A DNA stretch of 63,953 nt, counting the filler. It is 6 parts of 6 records of this genome, joined end to end, with 100 filler letters (N's around TTAATTAATTAA, not from the genome) between each part and the next. Parts side by side here need not be neighbours in the genome. Positions count along the whole stretch, not along the records: positions 20,771 to 29,087 come from DRR378314_2677; positions 29,188 to 38,025 come from DRR378314_2678; 4 more parts are not named here. The stretch is one strand, 5' to 3'. Numbering within the stretch: position 1 is the first letter of the stretch; each line of letters starts with the position of its first letter. The position numbers were made by a program, and so were the translations under genes. The notes beneath the pieces are model-generated. The model was given only the letters and a program-made list of their open reading frames with translations, was not told where the DNA came from and ran no database searches. Positions 22,091-35,861 of this stretch are shown here, piece by piece.

Positions 22091-22099
22091 ACACGCACC

Positions 22100-25370
<3,271 letters not shown>

Positions 25371-25813
25371 GTAACCGGCGTTCGCACTAGATACGATGTA
25401 GTTGTTGCTCGGCGATGCTGCTGTGTGCGATTGCAATACAATGCCCTGATGAGTTGGTTTGCCGCGGTCGCTTGTGCGCAGCTCGGTAGCTGTATTCGCC
25501 TGTGTGTCACTGCTTTCCCTGCCGTCGCGATCTGGCGGTGTGCATTGTATGCAACGCACAAGGAACAGCGCAGAAACTCATATTCATTTACTGAAATGCA
25601 TTACTACCGAATCGGATGTACACGGAGTACGTTAGGCGGATGGGTGCGATGGAGTGCGCACGAGTGCAACGACGGCGAGCAGGAGCCGTGCACACCCGGG
25701 GCGGCTGGTTATGGAAAAGAAATATGGCGTCACTGCAGCGTATGAAGCACGCCGGTGAGCACTTGTTTGCACCTCGAGAATATATGGACATCTTGTTTGA
25801 GAAAGAGAGGCGG

Positions 25814-28800
25814 TTAGCTTGCATGCGGCGGTTCTTCCAGGGAGACTCGCACAACCGCTTGCTCCAGAGCCTCGTCCACATCGATGGAGACGGACACTTT
25901 GGTGTTCGCTTCACGCTCGCGCTGTTCAATCTCTCGCGCCAGCTGTTCATCTTCTGGATCTGGCATCTGCAAAAAAAAGTGAATATGAGACATTGTAATG
26001 AGGTACAACGTATGAGATGATGCCGCAGAAATTCACCGTTCCAACGCACCGTTTGAAAGCATCAAAACAAGCGAATATACTTGGCGTAGCGTGCACGATT
26101 TGCGACTTTTTGTTCACTTTCACAGCTAAGACGACCTACTTGTCGTAAAAGCAACAGCGGAATAGGTGCACGACGTGGAGACATACAAGCAGTTACTTAC
26201 CGGCGGTAAGAATGTTCCATCTGGAACAATTTCTTCAAAGAGACGCCGTGCTTCGCCAATCGCGCCGGCAGCGTCAACAAATCCACCTGAGTCTCGCGTA
26301 ACCTACCTCGAAAAGTTTCGCGAGAGGCATGCAGCAGAGAGATGAGTACCTCGCTTTCATTTTTCGTCCGAATCTGTGAACCACGACGCGCGTTCAGCTT
26401 ATGCGTGCGACCCTCTTGCAAAAAATAATGTAAAAAAATAGAGAACCATCTACTCAGTGTAGAGCCTGCGATGAGTGCTGCTATATAATCGCATCGAACA
26501 CATGTGCACGACGCTACCGCTGCAAACGGCGCAATTTCCTCCATGTTTCCTCCGCTGACACAATGTAAAGGCATCTGAAAGATACGACGTACCTTGAGGC
26601 CCAAAGGAAGCGATGCAGATGGCGAAAGTGATCGTACGGCGTGGACGTACGACACTGCATCACAAACAACGGTGTAAACCACCAGCCGACCGCAAGCCAT
26701 GAGCGAGAAAGGCAGCAAGAGGAACCACAGCAACAGGCTCTGCAGCATTTTTCTCCCAGAATTGCGTTCCAGAACAGAAAACGTCGAGATGAAATGCCGT
26801 ATTTGTGACACATCACTATGCCAGTCCGCCCTGAGGGAGAGGTGATGAGAATCATTGGTTCTGACCGATGGACTAGAACGAAGGCACAGAGCACCACAGG
26901 GACTGGCACACTATATCACAAGTGCGCGGTAGCTCGCAAAGCATGTGCAAGCACGCGAGTCGCGGCCCTACTCCCGTTTCTAAGCTCTTTTTAACACCCA
27001 CACGTAGGCCTGGACAGGCTTCTGCGCGACCCATACACTGATTCCGTCACCACAATCAAACGCAGCAATGTTGGACCTTGCCGTGCAGTAGCTCGCACCG
27101 CCTCCCGCCGTGCACATGAGCGTACCTCTGTACAGAAGCTTGCCGTACTCCGCGTTCGGAAGCGACAACAAAAAGTCCAGGACTTCATTCATGGCATCAG
27201 AACCGTTGATGTCGTTTTCCTCTTGCGAACTCGTGCGACCGCATGTCGCGGGAGATGCACCGGTATCAGGATCGTCGTCCAGCACACGGTACACGTGTAG
27301 CACGCTCGCTCCGCGCGACAACCCTGATCCTCGACCTCCTCCCACGCAATGATAGCGGAAACCATCCTTTCCTGCTACAACCGTGAAACATAAATCTAAT
27401 CAAATCGTTCCAACAAGAAAAGACAGTGCACAGATTTCATCAGGAATGCAATGCAACATAATCACAACAGGTACAGAGTTCTTTCCAAGAGGACCATCTT
27501 CAAGGATCAGATGTGCGAACACGAGAACTCCAGATTCACGAATATCATTGGCACTGGCAAAAAACCCATTCCTGTGATACAGAAGGCTCAAAAATACATT
27601 TCCGATATGACAGACTATACACAAGAGTAGACGATACGTCGCCCACTTCGTACCACTGCCGAAAATCGGCTTCTCCGTGACCAAGATCGCGCGCGGGACG
27701 TACGCTGTCACCACCAGATCTGATGCCTGCAAGTATTCTGGCGATGCGATCACGTGCTGTGCGCGCACAACCACTCCATTCAGATCGACCCGTAGACTCC
27801 CGTTCGCGCTCTCTGTTCGAGGCTTATCATCACTGCCCTCTTCTGTGTGATGACGTGTAGCCGAGTGATTCGGAGAGACCTCTGCGGCAGAATTGCGCTT
27901 CTGCTCCTCCTCTACGTTGCACGGAGTGCTTTCGATTCCGTTGGGTCCCTCGCGTGGCGATGAAGCAAAGGATTGTTCACCGTCGACGGCACTCGCGTCT
28001 GGAATGAGCTCCGTCGAGCTACTCGGCGCTTCCCATACGGCACGTGGTGACGATCGTAGGATATACTGCGCTCCGTGCACAGCAGCATGGCGACAGAATG
28101 CCTGAGGAAGCTCGCCGACGCCGTACAACGGCAGGAGAAACGGCGTGCGGCCAAACACCCCGAGGGAACCAAGGTATCGGCCAAGCCTTGCTTTCGTGAC
28201 AGAGATATCACCATCGTTTTGACGGAGGCAGACAGCATCACGCACTAACAGTGCTACAGATGCATCTACTGTGAAACTATGCAATAGATCTTCCGACCCG
28301 GGATTCGAGGAGTCAGAAACGCCGGTATTCCCGTCATCCTCGCCAGATTCGGCAGCACGCGGAGCAGAAGTTGTAGCTGCTCGTAACAACCGCATGAGAG
28401 ACCGCTTTTGCAGCATGCTGAGAGCCGTGCTCTGAAAGACCTGAAATTAGCCAAGCAGCACAAGAAGAGGATGAGAGTCCATAGAAGCATCAGAATGGTA
28501 TAATCACAAGCCAAAAGGGCGAGAATATGGGAATGGGCTGCAGCATGCGATACAGCCTCGGCACCAAGCGAGCAAGAAGTACACGGACTATTTCATACCA
28601 AGGGAATCCAACAGTGCATACATCATGCTCACTCGATTATCCAACGTAACACGAGATACGAGCACACCGCTCTCCCAATGAGAAGAATAACTATGCAGAA
28701 ATCTTAACTGTTGGCAGCGGGTCAACTCGTTCGCACATGGCGTTTCTTGCGCCATTCGTACCTCGGACTTTGACGACGGCACGCGTATCGCTTCTGCGAA

Positions 28801-28861
28801 CCCGGAAGACCCCTCCATATCCAGAAAGAGGCAACTTTCTACCGGGACAAATTCGAGGAAT
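25814..28861 (-). CDS. Rab escort protein (REP/CHM/Mrs6; GDI superfamily), multi-exon, 5' part missing. Confident exons: 28861-28762, 28440-~27650, 26286-26201, 25966-25814; internal boundaries ~27650-27000 unresolved
   Basis: Spliced FLEF...[65 protein letters not shown] and [23 protein letters not shown] match REP-type motifs. Confidence 0.82.
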
Positions 28862-29087
28862 CTTTTGTACACACGCACACAACGTTGCAGCGGCGCTGGT
28901 GAGGCACTGCGGTCTCGGTCGCCTACTTCCGCCGCACGTACGCGCGCGGCGCTCGGCGAGGCAATCCGTGAGTGACGTCACAGCGCCACACCGCGCAGCT
29001 CCGCGTGCACCCTGCGTACACCTGGCGTTCGGAATGGCGCACAACAGCGACGGGTGGATCGAGCAACCACAGCAACCCACACGCTTC

Positions 29088-29187
29088 NNNNNNNNNNNNN
29101 NNNNNNNNNNNNNNNNNNNNNNNNNNNNNNNTTAATTAATTAANNNNNNNNNNNNNNNNNNNNNNNNNNNNNNNNNNNNNNNNNNNN
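29088..29187. other. artificial contig spacer
   Basis: N44-TTAATTAATTAA-N44. Confidence 0.99.
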
Positions 29188-29819
29188 CCGGTGTTCTGCC
29201 AGTTGCCCTTGCCGATGCTCATCAAACGCACCCGCAAACCGATGCGCGGCGACACCTCAAGCGCCCGCGCTTCCTCCAGCAGCATGGGCAGCTCGGAGAG
29301 CTTTTCCACCACGATCTGCACCTGGAAGCCGAGCTTCTCGCCCATCAGCGCCAGGCGCAGGTATTCACGGTCCTTGTAGCCGTTGCAGACCACCACGTCG
29401 CCGGGGTTGGAGAGCGCCAGCACCGCCAGCAGCTCCGGCTTGGAGCCGGCCTCCAGCCCCACCGGCTCGCCCTCTTCCCGGGCGCGCAGAATTTCATGCA
29501 CCACGCGCCGCTGCTGGTTGACCTTGATCGGATACACCGGCGTGTAGCGGCCCTGGTAGCCCTGCTCCCCGATGGCGCCCCGGAAGGCGCCGGCCAGGCG
29601 CCGCACCCGGTCGCGCAGAATGCCCGAGAAGCGGGCCAGCACCGGCGTGCGCAACCCGGCGGCGCGGCACGCCTGCAACACCGCTTCCAGGGTCGCCTCC
29701 CCGCCCTGATCGCCCTGGGGGCGAACATGCAGGTGGCCGTCCTTGCCGATCCGGAAATAGCCGTCACCCCAACGCTGCACATTGTAAATGGCGTCAAACG
29801 GGCTTTGGGGCTGGGTCAT
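29188..29819 (-). CDS. speA: biosynthetic arginine decarboxylase (5' fragment, cut by contig edge)
   Basis: YNVQRWGDGYF, VYPIKVNQQ (PLP Lys), GLEAGSKPEL and CNGYKD. Confidence 0.95.
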
Positions 29820-29978
29820 GGGCGGTTCCTTGGCGGCTGCGTGCTTTGCCGCATTATGCCTGCCGGGGCCGCCAGCGGACAAAAATAGTTGCTCGGATAC
29901 CGCGCCCGGGCGCTTCTACATTGACGCCGAACGCTTACAATAGCGGCCTTCTGTGAAGCGTTTAGCGGACACCCCTTT

Positions 29979-30836
29979 ATGAGCTCCGAAAAAGACAACT
30001 GGTTCATCGAGCATTTCGACTCCGCCGGCACCGCCTTCGGCCTGCGCCTGAAACGAAAGCTGGAATCGGTACAGACCGACTATCAACACATCGAAATGTG
30101 GGACACCGATACCTTCGGCTATCTGATGACCATTGACGGCGCCACCATGCTCACCACCCGGGACAATTTCCTGTACCACGAGATGATGGCCCACCCGGCG
30201 CTGTTCAGCCACGCGGCACCGCGCAACGTGCTGATCATCGGCGGCGGCGACTGCGGCACCCTGCGGGAAGTGTTGCGCCACGGCGAAGTGGCCAGCGCCG
30301 TGCAGATCGATATCGACGAGCAGGTGACGCGCTTTTCCGAGAAGTATTTCCCCGAGCTGTGCGAGTCCAACAGCGACGAGCGGGCGGAGCTGCGCTTCGA
30401 GGACGGCGTGAAGTTCATGCAGGAGTGCGAGGCGGGCCGCTTCGACGTCATCATCGTCGATTCCACCGACCCGGTGGGCCCGGCGGAGGGCCTGTTCAAG
30501 GCCGAATTCTTCCGCCACTGCCACCGCGCCCTGGCCGACGGCGGCGTGCTGGTGCAGCAGTCCGAATCACCGCTGCTGCACAGCGACACCATCATCCGCG
30601 ACCTGCACGCCAACATGCGCGAGGCCGGCTTCAGCCATACCCGCACGCTGCCGTTCCCGCAGCCGGTGTACCCCAGCGGCTGGTGGAGCTGCACCCTGGC
30701 GGGCAAGGATCACGACGTGGCCGGGTTCCGCCAGGCGGACGCCACCGGCAAGGGGTTCGAGACCCGCTACTACAGCGCCGACATCCACAAGGCGGCGCTG
30801 GTGCTGCCGCCGTTCATGGAGCAGGCGCTGTCCTGA
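29979..30836 (+). CDS. speE: spermidine synthase / polyamine aminopropyltransferase
   Basis: YHEMMAHP, LIIGGGDCGTLRE, DVIIVDSTDPVGP and YPSGWW; divergent from speA. Confidence 0.95.
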   Translation: MSSEKDNWFIEHFDSAGTAFGLRLKRKLESVQTDYQHIEMWDTDTFGYLMTIDGATMLTTRDNFLYHEMMAHPALFSHAAPRNVLIIGGGDCGTLREVLRHGEVASAVQIDIDEQVTRFSEKYFPELCESNSDERAELRFEDGVKFMQECEAGRFDVIIVDSTDPVGPAEGLFKAEFFRHCHRALADGGVLVQQSESPLLHSDTIIRDLHANMREAGFSHTRTLPFPQPVYPSGWWSCTLAGKDHDVAGFRQADATGKGFETRYYSADIHKAALVLPPFMEQALS

Positions 30837-30846
30837 GCCGGCCAGC

Positions 30847-31434
30847 CTAGGTTTGCAGGGCTTCCTCGACGAAGTCGAGGCGGTCCTGGCCGAAGAACAT
30901 CTCCTCCCCCACGAAGAAGGTGGGCGCGCCGAATACGCCGCGCTCCACCGCCTCTTCGGTGGTCGCCTTGAGGTTGTCCTTCACCGCCTGATCCTGGGCC
31001 AGGGCCGCCCAATGCGCCGGATCCAGACCGGCTTCGGTCAGGGTCCGGCCCAGCACGTCGATGTCCGAGAGATCCCGCTCCCGCAGCCACATCCCCTCGA
31101 ACAGGGCGGCCAGCACGGTGTCGCGCTGGTCGCTGTCGACGGCGGCGGTGGCCAGCCGCATGGCCATCAGGGTGTTCACCGGAAAGTGCGGATTCTGGTT
31201 CAGGGTGACGCCGTAACGGCGCGCGAAACGCTGCATATCCCGGCCGCTGTAGCGCCCCTTGGCGGGCACCGCCGCCGGCGAGGCGTTACCGGTGGCCTTG
31301 AACACGCCGCCCAGCAACATGGGCCGGTAGCGCAGGGTGGCGCCGGTGCGCCGGCACAGGCCCGGCGCCTGGGTCCACGCCAGATAGGACGCGGGGCTGC
31401 CCACATCGAAGAAAAATTCCAGCTCGCGGCTCAT
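30847..31434 (-). CDS. 2-hydroxychromene-2-carboxylate isomerase / kappa-class GST (DsbA-like) family protein
   Basis: FFFDVGSPASY, PMLLGGVF, GVFGAPTFFV and FFGQDR. Confidence 0.9.
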   Translation of the reverse strand: MSRELEFFFDVGSPASYLAWTQAPGLCRRTGATLRYRPMLLGGVFKATGNASPAAVPAKGRYSGRDMQRFARRYGVTLNQNPHFPVNTLMAMRLATAAVDSDQRDTVLAALFEGMWLRERDLSDIDVLGRTLTEAGLDPAHWAALAQDQAVKDNLKATTEEAVERGVFGAPTFFVGEEMFFGQDRLDFVEEALQT

Positions 31435-31462
31435 TGGCGGCTCTCCATTCATTCATCGTTTG

Positions 31463-32188
31463 TTAGAAGTTTTCCATCCACGGGCGCAGGTCCAGCTCGT
31501 GGGTCCAGGTATCGCGGGGCTGTTGGTGCAGCATCCAGTACGCATCGGCGATGTGCTCGGGATCGAGGATGCCGTCCTGGTCCTTGAGCGCGTAACGCTG
31601 CGGGAAGTTATCACGGATAAAGGCGGTGTCGATGGCACCGTCGATGATCGGATGGGCGACGTGGATGCCCTCCGGACCCAGCTCACGGGCCAGGCTCTGC
31701 GCCAGCGCGCGCAGCGCGAATTTGGCGCCGGCGAACGCGGCGAAACCGCGACCGCCGCGCAGCGACGCGGTGGCGCCGGTGAACAGGATGGTGCCACGGC
31801 CGCGCGGCACCATCACCCGGGCCGCCTCCCGGCCGGTGAGAAAGCCGGCGAACGCGGCCATTTCCCACACCTTGCGGTAGACCCGGGCGGTGGTCTCGCG
31901 GATCGGAAAATGAACATTGGCGCCAATATTGAAAACCACCACCTCCAGCGGCCCCACTTCGGTCTCGATGGTGTCCACCAGGGCTTGCATCTGATCTTCG
32001 TCGCGGGCGTCGCAGCCGAAGCCGCGGGCCTGCCCGCCCTCCTCCCGGATACGCTCGACCAGCGGCGTCAGGGCGTCCTCGGTGCGGCGGGTGACACAGG
32101 CGGTGAAGCCTTCACGGGCAAAGCGTCGGGCAATGGCGCCGCCGGTGGCGTCACCGGCGCCGACCACGAGAATCGCGGGGGCGGTCAT
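31463..32188 (-). CDS. SDR-family oxidoreductase (atypical, FxxxK)
   Basis: VVGAGDATG, FTGATASLRG, FAGAKFALRALAQS and HPIIDGAID. Confidence 0.88.
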   Translation of the reverse strand: MTAPAILVVGAGDATGGAIARRFAREGFTACVTRRTEDALTPLVERIREEGGQARGFGCDARDEDQMQALVDTIETEVGPLEVVVFNIGANVHFPIRETTARVYRKVWEMAAFAGFLTGREAARVMVPRGRGTILFTGATASLRGGRGFAAFAGAKFALRALAQSLARELGPEGIHVAHPIIDGAIDTAFIRDNFPQRYALKDQDGILDPEHIADAYWMLHQQPRDTWTHELDLRPWMENF

Positions 32189-32286
32189 GGGGTCTCCTTG
32201 TACAGGCTACAGAGGTCGACCCAGTATGCACCGGCTTCGCTTAACAGGGGAAAGGCGCGGCCGACCCGCACCGATGATGCTCACGA

Positions 32287-32403
32287 TCAGCCGCCCACGG
32301 CCACCGCCACCGCGCAGGCCACCGCCCCCAGCACCAGAATCAGAACCACACGACGTATCACCATCGGCCAGTCAACCAGCCAAAAATCCTTGAACCATCC
32401 CAT
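32287..32403 (-). CDS. putative small membrane protein (38 aa)
   Basis: MGWFKDFWLVDWPMVIRRVVLILVLGAVACAVAVAVGG*; GGGGA RBS-like motif upstream; too short for the ORF track. Confidence 0.45.
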   Translation of the reverse strand: MGWFKDFWLVDWPMVIRRVVLILVLGAVACAVAVAVGG

Positions 32404-32541
32404 TTTTCTATCCCCAAGGTACTTTTATTATCACAACCAAAAAATGTGACTCACGTCACAAGTGACGAGGTTGCTCTTGCACCCTGTGGATATGCAATAA
32501 GGCGAATTGGGTAAGCGTGAAGGTGGCGTCAGTAAGGTGTC

Positions 32542-33456
32542 TTAGCCGGGCTCGCTCTGCTGTTCCGCCAGCATCGCCATGACCCTTTGCCGCAGCCAGG
32601 TGTGGCCCGGGTCCGCGCTTTGATCCCGGTGCCAGTAGAGGTGCAGCTCCAGGCCGGGAACGTCCGCGGGGAGCGGCTCCACGTGGCTGCCGGCGGGGGC
32701 CAGCTGACGCGCCAGCAGGCCCGGCAGGGTGAGCAGCAGGTCCGAGCCCATCACCGTGGACAACGCCGCCATGTGGTGCTGGCAACGCAGGCGGATATTG
32801 CGCCGGTAGCCAAGGCGGGACAGACCGAAATCTTCCATGCCCGGCCCTTCCCGCCGCGAGGACACCAGCACGTGCTGCGCCGCCAGGTAGGCCGGCAGGT
32901 CCAGCTTGCCGGCCAGCGGGTGGCCCGGCCGCATGATCACCACCAGCGGCCCGCTCATCACCGGGCGGTGTTCGATGGCGTCCGGCAGTGGCAGCAGTAC
33001 GTCGGCGGCAAGATCCAGCCGGCCGCTGGCCAGTTCCGTGGCCAGTTGCCGGCGCGCCACGGTCATCGACTGCAGCCGCACGCCGGGGGCCTCTTCAAGA
33101 ATGCCGGCGGTGAGCGGCGGCAGCAGACAGCCCTCCAGCCCGTCGCGCAATCCGACCACGAAGGTGCGCTCTGCGTCCGCCACGTCGAAGCCGCCCTCGT
33201 CGCTGAGACAACGCTGCAGTCCGCCCAGCGCGTGGCGCACCGGGGTGACCATGGCGCGTGCCCGGCTGGTGGGCACCATGCGTGCCCCCTGGCGCACGAA
33301 CAACGGGTCCTCGAGACGGTCGCGCAACCGCCCCAGGGCGTGGCTCACCGCCGGCTGGGTCAGGTTGAGCACGCGCGCCGCGCGGGTCAGGGAGCCTTCG
33401 GTATAGATAGCGTCGAAGACCACGAACAGGTTCAGATCGAAGCGGGAGACATGCAT
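32542..33456 (-). CDS. LysR-family transcriptional regulator
   Basis: DLNLFVVFDAIYTEGSLTRAA..LNLTQPAVSHALGRLR..DPLFVR HTH. Confidence 0.95.
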   Translation of the reverse strand: MHVSRFDLNLFVVFDAIYTEGSLTRAARVLNLTQPAVSHALGRLRDRLEDPLFVRQGARMVPTSRARAMVTPVRHALGGLQRCLSDEGGFDVADAERTFVVGLRDGLEGCLLPPLTAGILEEAPGVRLQSMTVARRQLATELASGRLDLAADVLLPLPDAIEHRPVMSGPLVVIMRPGHPLAGKLDLPAYLAAQHVLVSSRREGPGMEDFGLSRLGYRRNIRLRCQHHMAALSTVMGSDLLLTLPGLLARQLAPAGSHVEPLPADVPGLELHLYWHRDQSADPGHTWLRQRVMAMLAEQQSEPG

Positions 33457-33482
33457 GGGGCTTATCCAGGTGTATTTTTCAG

Positions 33483-33497
33483 ATTCATTAGATTAAT
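33483..33497. promoter_or_regulatory. candidate LysR binding box in the divergent intergenic region
   Basis: ATTCATTAGATTAAT, an interrupted dyad containing T-N11-A, in an AT-rich spacer between lysR and the divergent operon. Confidence 0.5.
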
Positions 33498-33551
33498 TGA
33501 AAACCGCCCCCTAGCATGGGGTCAACTTCCGGGAATAAGCAGAGACCCTCG

Positions 33552-34229
33552 ATGCCAGTGATTTACCTGATCCGTCACGGCCAGGCCAGTTTCGGCGCCG
33601 AGAACTACGACGCCCTGTCCGACGCCGGCTGGGAACAGAGCCGCATCCTCGGCCGCCACCTGCGCGAGCAGAATCTGGGCGCGCCGCGGGTGGTGTGCGG
33701 CGCCATGCAGCGTCACCGGGAAACCGCCCAGGCGACACTGGAAGCACTGGGGTTGCCGCAGGAATGGGCCACCGACACCGGCTTTAACGAATACGACCAC
33801 CAGACCCTGATGCGGGTGCACTGGCCCGAGTCCCAGGACCGGGCGGTGCTCACCCGCTGGATGAACGAACAGGACAACCCGCGCCGCGCCTTCCAGGCCC
33901 GTTTCGAGGAGGCCCTGCGCCGCTGGCAGCGCAACGAAGACGACTATCAGGAAACCTGGCCGGCGTTCCGCGAGCGGGTGCTGGCCTCCCTGTACAGCCT
34001 GGCCAACCGGCTGGAAAGCGGCGACAGCGCCCTGGTGTTCACCTCCGGCGGCGCCATCAGCGTGGCCATTCAGCACCTGCTTGAGCTGGACCAGGAGGCG
34101 CTGATCACCTTCAACCGGGGCCTGATCAACACCAGCGTCACCCGTCTGCTGGTCAACACCGGCCGTCTGCGCCTGGCCACGCTCAACGAGCACCTGCATC
34201 TGGCCGGCGACATGCTCACCTACCGATAA
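33552..34229 (+). CDS. histidine phosphatase (PGM-like) family protein
   Basis: YLIRHGQASFG, FNEYDH, FTSGGAI and NTSVT. Confidence 0.88.
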   Translation: MPVIYLIRHGQASFGAENYDALSDAGWEQSRILGRHLREQNLGAPRVVCGAMQRHRETAQATLEALGLPQEWATDTGFNEYDHQTLMRVHWPESQDRAVLTRWMNEQDNPRRAFQARFEEALRRWQRNEDDYQETWPAFRERVLASLYSLANRLESGDSALVFTSGGAISVAIQHLLELDQEALITFNRGLINTSVTRLLVNTGRLRLATLNEHLHLAGDMLTYR

Positions 34230-34250
34230 CCGGCGATCACGAGGCCCACC

Positions 34251-35063
34251 ATGGCGTTCACCCACCACACCATCGAACTGAATGGCCAGCGCTACGCCTA
34301 CCTGGACGAAGGCGAAGGCCCGCTGCTGGTGTTCGGCCATGGCGTCCTGGCGGACAAATCCATGTTCGAGGCGCAGATCGAGGCACTCCGCGACCGCTAC
34401 CGCTGCGTCAGCCTGGACTGGCCCGGCCACACCGGTTCCGGCTACCGGGAGAAAGGCTGGAGCTTCTACGACATGGCCGACGACAGCGTCGCCCTGCTCG
34501 ATCAGCTGGGTTATGACCAGGCGATTTTCGTGGGTTTGTCCCAGGGCGGCATGACCTTCATGCGGCTGGCGCTCAAGTGCCCGGAGCGGGTGTGCGCCCT
34601 GGTGCTGCTGGACACCTCCGCGGACCCGGAAGACGCCGACCTGCTGCCGGTGCACCGCCAGCAGCAGTCCCGGTTCGCCCACGGCAGCGAGGCCGAGCGC
34701 GATGAGGTGGTCACGCGCATGCAGAAATTCCTGTACGCCAAGCCCTGGCGCGACGCCAACCCGGACGGGGTGGCCCACGAGAAGGCGCTGATCCTGGCCC
34801 ACGACCGCCACGGCATCGAGCTGGCGTTGGAGAACGTCTTTACCCGTGACGACATCAGCGGCGATATCAGCGCGATCAGTGCGCCTACTTTAGTGATCGT
34901 CGGCGAACTGGACCGGGCAACGCCGCCGGAAAAAGCGCAGCGCATCGTCGACGCCATCCCCGGGGCGCGGCTGGTCACGGTGGCCGATTCCGGGCACCAT
35001 TCGCCGATAGAAAACCCCGAAGCGGTGAACCGGGCGCTGTCCGATTTCCTCGCCACGCTGTGA
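34251..35063 (+). CDS. alpha/beta hydrolase (enol-lactonase-like)
   Basis: FGHG, DWPGH, GLSQGG elbow, GELD and SGHHSPIE. Confidence 0.88.
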   Translation: MAFTHHTIELNGQRYAYLDEGEGPLLVFGHGVLADKSMFEAQIEALRDRYRCVSLDWPGHTGSGYREKGWSFYDMADDSVALLDQLGYDQAIFVGLSQGGMTFMRLALKCPERVCALVLLDTSADPEDADLLPVHRQQQSRFAHGSEAERDEVVTRMQKFLYAKPWRDANPDGVAHEKALILAHDRHGIELALENVFTRDDISGDISAISAPTLVIVGELDRATPPEKAQRIVDAIPGARLVTVADSGHHSPIENPEAVNRALSDFLATL

Positions 35064-35096
35064 TCCGGGGTCCACGCACGCGACAAGGATAATGCC

Positions 35097-35849
35097 ATGA
35101 GTACCCGTTCCAATATTCTCATCACCGGCGCCAGCTCCGGCCTGGGCGCCGGCATGGCGCGGTTGTTCGCCGCCCGGGGCCGCAACCTGGCCCTGTGCGC
35201 GCGGCGCACCGACAAGCTGGACGCCCTGAAAGCGGAACTGGAACAGGCCCACCCCGGCATCACCGTGCTGGTCAAACCCCTGGACGTGAACCACTACGAC
35301 CAGGTGTTCGACGTGTTCCGTGCGTTCCGCACCGAGCTGGGCAGCCTGGACCGGATCATCGTCAACGCCGGCATGGGCAAGGGCCAGCCGCTGGGCACCG
35401 GCTATTTCCACGCCAACCGGCAGACCGCGGAGACCAACTTCGTCGCCGCCCTGGCCCAGTGCGAGGCGGCCATGGAGATCTTCCGGGCCCAGAACAACGG
35501 CCATCTGGTGGTGATCTCCTCGATGAGCGCGGTGCGCGGCATGCGCAAGAACATCAACACCTACGCCGCCACCAAGGCGGGCGTGGCCAGCCTAGCGGAA
35601 GGGCTGCGCATGGAGATGATCGGCAAGCCGATCACCGTGAGCACCCTCTACCCGGGCTACATCCGTTCGGAGATCAACGAGAAAGTGGAAAAGGCGCCGT
35701 TCATGGTGGACACCGAGACCGGCTGCAAGGCGCTGGTCCGCGCCATCGAGAAAGAACCCGCCAAGGCCTACGTGCCGTCCTGGCCCTGGGCGCCGCTGGG
35801 CTTCGCCATGAAGGTCCTGCCGCTGTCCCTGGTCAAGAAAATGACCTAG
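35097..35849 (+). CDS. SDR-family oxidoreductase
   Basis: ITGASSGLG, VNAG, ISS and intact YAATK. Confidence 0.92.
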   Translation: MSTRSNILITGASSGLGAGMARLFAARGRNLALCARRTDKLDALKAELEQAHPGITVLVKPLDVNHYDQVFDVFRAFRTELGSLDRIIVNAGMGKGQPLGTGYFHANRQTAETNFVAALAQCEAAMEIFRAQNNGHLVVISSMSAVRGMRKNINTYAATKAGVASLAEGLRMEMIGKPITVSTLYPGYIRSEINEKVEKAPFMVDTETGCKALVRAIEKEPAKAYVPSWPWAPLGFAMKVLPLSLVKKMT

Positions 35850-35861
35850 GGCCTGTTCACA

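Noticed and set aside
30847-31434. Naphthalene degradation (nahD) pathway
   Set aside because: Only a generic kappa-GST/HCCA isomerase family member; no dioxygenase or other nah genes nearby
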